Below are positions 61,468-64,000 of a stretch of 64,000 nt of DNA, in pieces (the first letter of the stretch is position 1; each line of letters begins with the position of its first letter). This stretch comes from an uncultured Acidobacteriota bacterium (GTDB taxonomy: Bacteria; Acidobacteriota; Vicinamibacteria; Fen-336). The DNA lies in assembly GCA_963720545.1 (NCBI GenBank), contig OY970399.1, positions 608,001-672,000 on the forward strand, in the 5' to 3' direction. The position numbers and the translations under genes were made by a program. The notes below the pieces were generated by a model. The model had not been told where the DNA came from. It saw only the letters and a list, made by a program, of their open reading frames with translations, and did no database searches.

Positions 61468-61923
61468 CTATTGCTCGCCTGCCGCACGTTCTGGCTGCGC
61501 GGATGTAGGAAGCCCCGCGCACGAAACCAGGGTCAAAGACGTTCCAGTGTTTTGGAAACTGGTGCCAGGGCCGCCGGCGCAATTGAGTTCCCAAGCGCCT
61601 CCAGGAATGCCCGTCAGGCCGCAGAGGAGGTTGTCACCAAAAGCCGCTGCCGAGTTGGCCCCAACAACGCTCACCTTTCGGGTGGCCGTGCCGGCGTCGA
61701 ACTCGAACGCGCCGCTCACCGGGATCGTATACTGACCCGAGGCGACCCAGTTGCCATACAGTGACCGATGGCCGAACTTCCCGGGATCGTTTCTTACCAG
61801 CTTCAATACGTCAGAAAACGGATCCAACTTATAACACACGTGAACCGGAGCGGCATAAGCCTGGCCCGCGAAGGCCGCGATCGACGCGGCAACAATGGTC
61901 GATGCCGTCAACACTTTCAGCAT
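61468..61923 (-). CDS. Secreted hypothetical protein (151 aa, 4 Cys)
   Basis: GGAGGAAG RBS; signal peptide ending AYA. Confidence 0.75.
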   Translation of the reverse strand: MLKVLTASTIVAASIAAFAGQAYAAPVHVCYKLDPFSDVLKLVRNDPGKFGHRSLYGNWVASGQYTIPVSGAFEFDAGTATRKVSVVGANSAAAFGDNLLCGLTGIPGGAWELNCAGGPGTSFQNTGTSLTLVSCAGLPTSAQPERAAGEQ

Positions 61924-62239
61924 TACTTCCTCCATGAGTCCCCGCCTCGCTCGCATGGCTCCAGAGCCATGCGGTTCACGGTACTATCGCTGTACGCCGT
62001 TTAGAAACCTACCGAAGTCAGGTGCCTTCGCTTGCGAGTACCGTGCGTATGCCTGGACTCGTTGTGAGGTGGGGCGCAAAGCGTAGTGGCTCGAAAAGAG
62101 GCTTGTCAAGAAAAATCCTCGCGGGCGGAACGCCATCCGACCGCCTGGCTCAGCGCCCACCGCTCCTGGGCGGCGGAAGGGCTTTGAGCGGGCGACCCCG
62201 TGGCACTCGAAACATCCGACCATCCAGACGACACTCTGT

Positions 62240-62280
62240 TGGCCCTGGAGGCCGCGGGTTCGAATCCCGTCACTCACCCC
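62240..62280 (+). repeat. Duplicated 3' half of tRNA-His (att site)
   Basis: TGGCCCTGGAGGCCGCGGGTTCGAATCCCGTCACTCACCCC. Confidence 0.95.
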
Positions 62281-62414
62281 GCTTTGGCTAGTGACTGACT
62301 TGGCGTTTTGTAGAACGCCTTCCGCGTCGTGGCCGTCTTATGTGGAATTCAGCTGGACAACCGGCTAATCGTGGCATTTTCGATGGGCATGTCGCTTGCA
62401 CCCTTGTACGCCGG

Positions 62415-62864
62415 ATGTGGATGCCCAGCGAGAGAGTCACCGTCCTGAAGGCGCCTGCCAAGCTGTGGCACCTCGTTGGGACTCAGGTGAAGGTCTGGTC
62501 TACGGCGACGGGACCGCTCGGGACGCAGATCGTGACGGTTCTGGGTCTCGATGAATTTGGCCAGCGCCGCCTTTATGAGATGCGCGGCGATGATCTCGGG
62601 CCGGCGAATCCAGCGGCGGCGGTTGGCGTGAAGACCACGCACGTCAAGAACGGCTTCGTTCCTGGCGCGGAAGTCGTGCTGCTGGCGGATTCCGGCCTGG
62701 TGCCCAAGGGCACGACCGTGGTGATCCGCCGCGTGCTCGAGCCATTGCGCGATGCGCATCCCGAGGACACGATGATGATCGTCGATTGCGGTCACCTCGA
62801 CATCGTCGTCTTCCGCCAACACCTTGCCATCGCGCCCGTCGTCTCTCTCATCGATTCCGAATAG
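62415..62864 (+). CDS. Hypothetical protein
   Basis: GC3-biased ORF (open from 62340); GGGCATGTCGCTTGCA sigma54-like site at 62385-62400. Confidence 0.55.
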   Translation: MWMPSERVTVLKAPAKLWHLVGTQVKVWSTATGPLGTQIVTVLGLDEFGQRRLYEMRGDDLGPANPAAAVGVKTTHVKNGFVPGAEVVLLADSGLVPKGTTVVIRRVLEPLRDAHPEDTMMIVDCGHLDIVVFRQHLAIAPVVSLIDSE

Positions 62865-62879
62865 GCGAATCCCTCGCCT

Positions 62880-63578
62880 CTATTTCTGCGGCGGTGTCAG
62901 CCCGTAGCTCATCGTCGGCCGGAAGCTGAGGATCTCGACCGTCAATTTCGCGACCAGGCTCGCCGTCTTCGCGGGAAGCGCCTGGCCGCGCGCGTCGCCG
63001 AGCAGCGCCGCGAGCGTTGGCCGGGCACGTAGCCGGACGTAGCGCGGGGCCGGGCCGCCGGCGATCATCCGATACCAAAGCGTCTCGCCTTCGAGCGCCG
63101 CCTGCTCCGCCGCAATACTGTCCTCGAATGCCTTGCCGGCGCCCGGCACGAGGTCGACGGTCGTGAATTCGAGGCGGGTGGCCGGCTGCGGTTGGCCGTC
63201 CCCCTTGGAGAGCGCCGGCAGGTATTCGAAGATGGCGTTGCCGGCGAAGCGCGCGTGCGGCGTGACGTTCGCGATGTTGTCGCGCTCGTCGTCCGCCGGC
63301 GCCACGGACTTGTCGAAGTCCGTGACTGCGTGGCCGAAGGTCGCGTAGACGAACCACCGCTGACGCTCGCCCGCCCACACGGTCCAGCCGGACCACGTCC
63401 AGGGATCCTGCGCCTGGCGATGCCAGTCCAGATGCCTGATGTAACCCGCCTCGAAGTCGACGGTATCGCCGTCGTGCGGCTCGAGCACGGCGATGCGTGC
63501 GTAGGAAACGTTCCCCGATTGCGCAGCGAGCAGCGTCGGCTGCGCCACCGCTAGGATCGCGAACACAATCTGTCTCAT
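62880..63578 (-). CDS. Exported hypothetical protein, possible duplicated alpha/beta-barrel (NIPSNAP-like) domains
   Basis: Signal peptide; two similar segments (LEPHDGDTVDFE / LVPGAGKAFE). Confidence 0.65.
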   Translation of the reverse strand: MRQIVFAILAVAQPTLLAAQSGNVSYARIAVLEPHDGDTVDFEAGYIRHLDWHRQAQDPWTWSGWTVWAGERQRWFVYATFGHAVTDFDKSVAPADDERDNIANVTPHARFAGNAIFEYLPALSKGDGQPQPATRLEFTTVDLVPGAGKAFEDSIAAEQAALEGETLWYRMIAGGPAPRYVRLRARPTLAALLGDARGQALPAKTASLVAKLTVEILSFRPTMSYGLTPPQK

Positions 63579-63678
63579 GGCGTCGATTAGACATATTGCC
63601 GGTCTGTGCCACAAGGGCCGCTTCTGAACTTATGCCTAGACCAGTGGTTTGACGCCGCACGCTACACTTGCGCTGGTG

Positions 63679-64000
63679 ATGCGCAACTCCTGGGAACCCG
63701 CAATTGCCGTGGATCGGACGGCCGCCCTTCCGCCGTTCCTCCAGATCGCACGGTCGTTGAGCGATGACATCAGGCGCGGCCGCCTGCGGCCCGGCGACCG
63801 GCTGCCCGGCAGCCGGCGGCTGGCCGCTAGCCTCAGCGTGCATCGCAACACCGTGCTCGCGGCGCTCGGCGAGCTGCTCGCCGAGGGTTGGCTTGCGGCG
63901 GCACCGGGACGGGGCACGTTCGTTGCCAAAGGCGCCGCCCTGACGAGCGCTCGCCGGTTCGCGCGACCGCCGGCGCCGGGAACCCGAGTAGCGGCGCGCA
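63679..64000 (+). CDS. GntR/MocR-family regulator, N-terminal HTH (runs off window)
   Basis: Manual translation: FLQIARSLSDDIRRGRLRPGDRLPGSRRLAASLSVHRNTV...EGWL...GRGTFV. Confidence 0.9.
   Translation, partial: MRNSWEPAIAVDRTAALPPFLQIARSLSDDIRRGRLRPGDRLPGSRRLAASLSVHRNTVLAALGELLAEGWLAAAPGRGTFVAKGAALTSARRFARPPAPGTRVAAR

Larger units (their letters stand above)
61302..62280. mobile_element. Small tRNA-His-integrated island bounded by 41-bp direct repeats; no integrase seen
   Basis: 61302-61342 is identical to 62240-62280; interior is less GC-rich. Confidence 0.7.

Noticed and set aside
62240..62280. Additional tRNA gene
   Set aside because: Only the 3' half is present; there is no D-arm or 5' acceptor strand

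Overview
A 64-kb, very GC-rich bacterial chromosomal segment. Gene content and order suggest an Acidobacteriota-like diderm; this is inference only. Left to right: a partial OPT transporter and a small 2Fe-2S protein; a protein-quality-control cluster (dnaK-hsp20-degP-dksA-lon) behind a HAIR-like operator; an orphan Zn-ribbon/FHA/GAF histidine kinase; and the rimO-rimP-nusA-infB-DUF503-rbfA-truB-rpsO-pnp cluster, interrupted by two opposite-strand envelope genes. Next are methyltransferase/glycosyltransferase genes; an ECF43-type sigma factor plus TPR Ser/Thr kinase divergent from two unknown 14-Cys secreted proteins; and a long minus-strand operon (cupin, amidase, GerMN, aminotransferase, TPR-CxxC protein, CYTH, MurU-like, AmgK-like, asnS). 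The right part has a TetR-regulated YbhGFSR-like ABC exporter, tmRNA, Slt, rph, a DinB-RdgB fusion, and tRNA-Pro/Arg/His. A 41-bp tRNA-His 3' duplication encloses a ~0.9-kb integrase-less insert, and the window ends in a partial MocR regulator. Several core genes (nusA, rimP, rimO, asnS) carry clustered indels that are most likely sequencing errors. All calls are motif-based by eye; no database searches were run.
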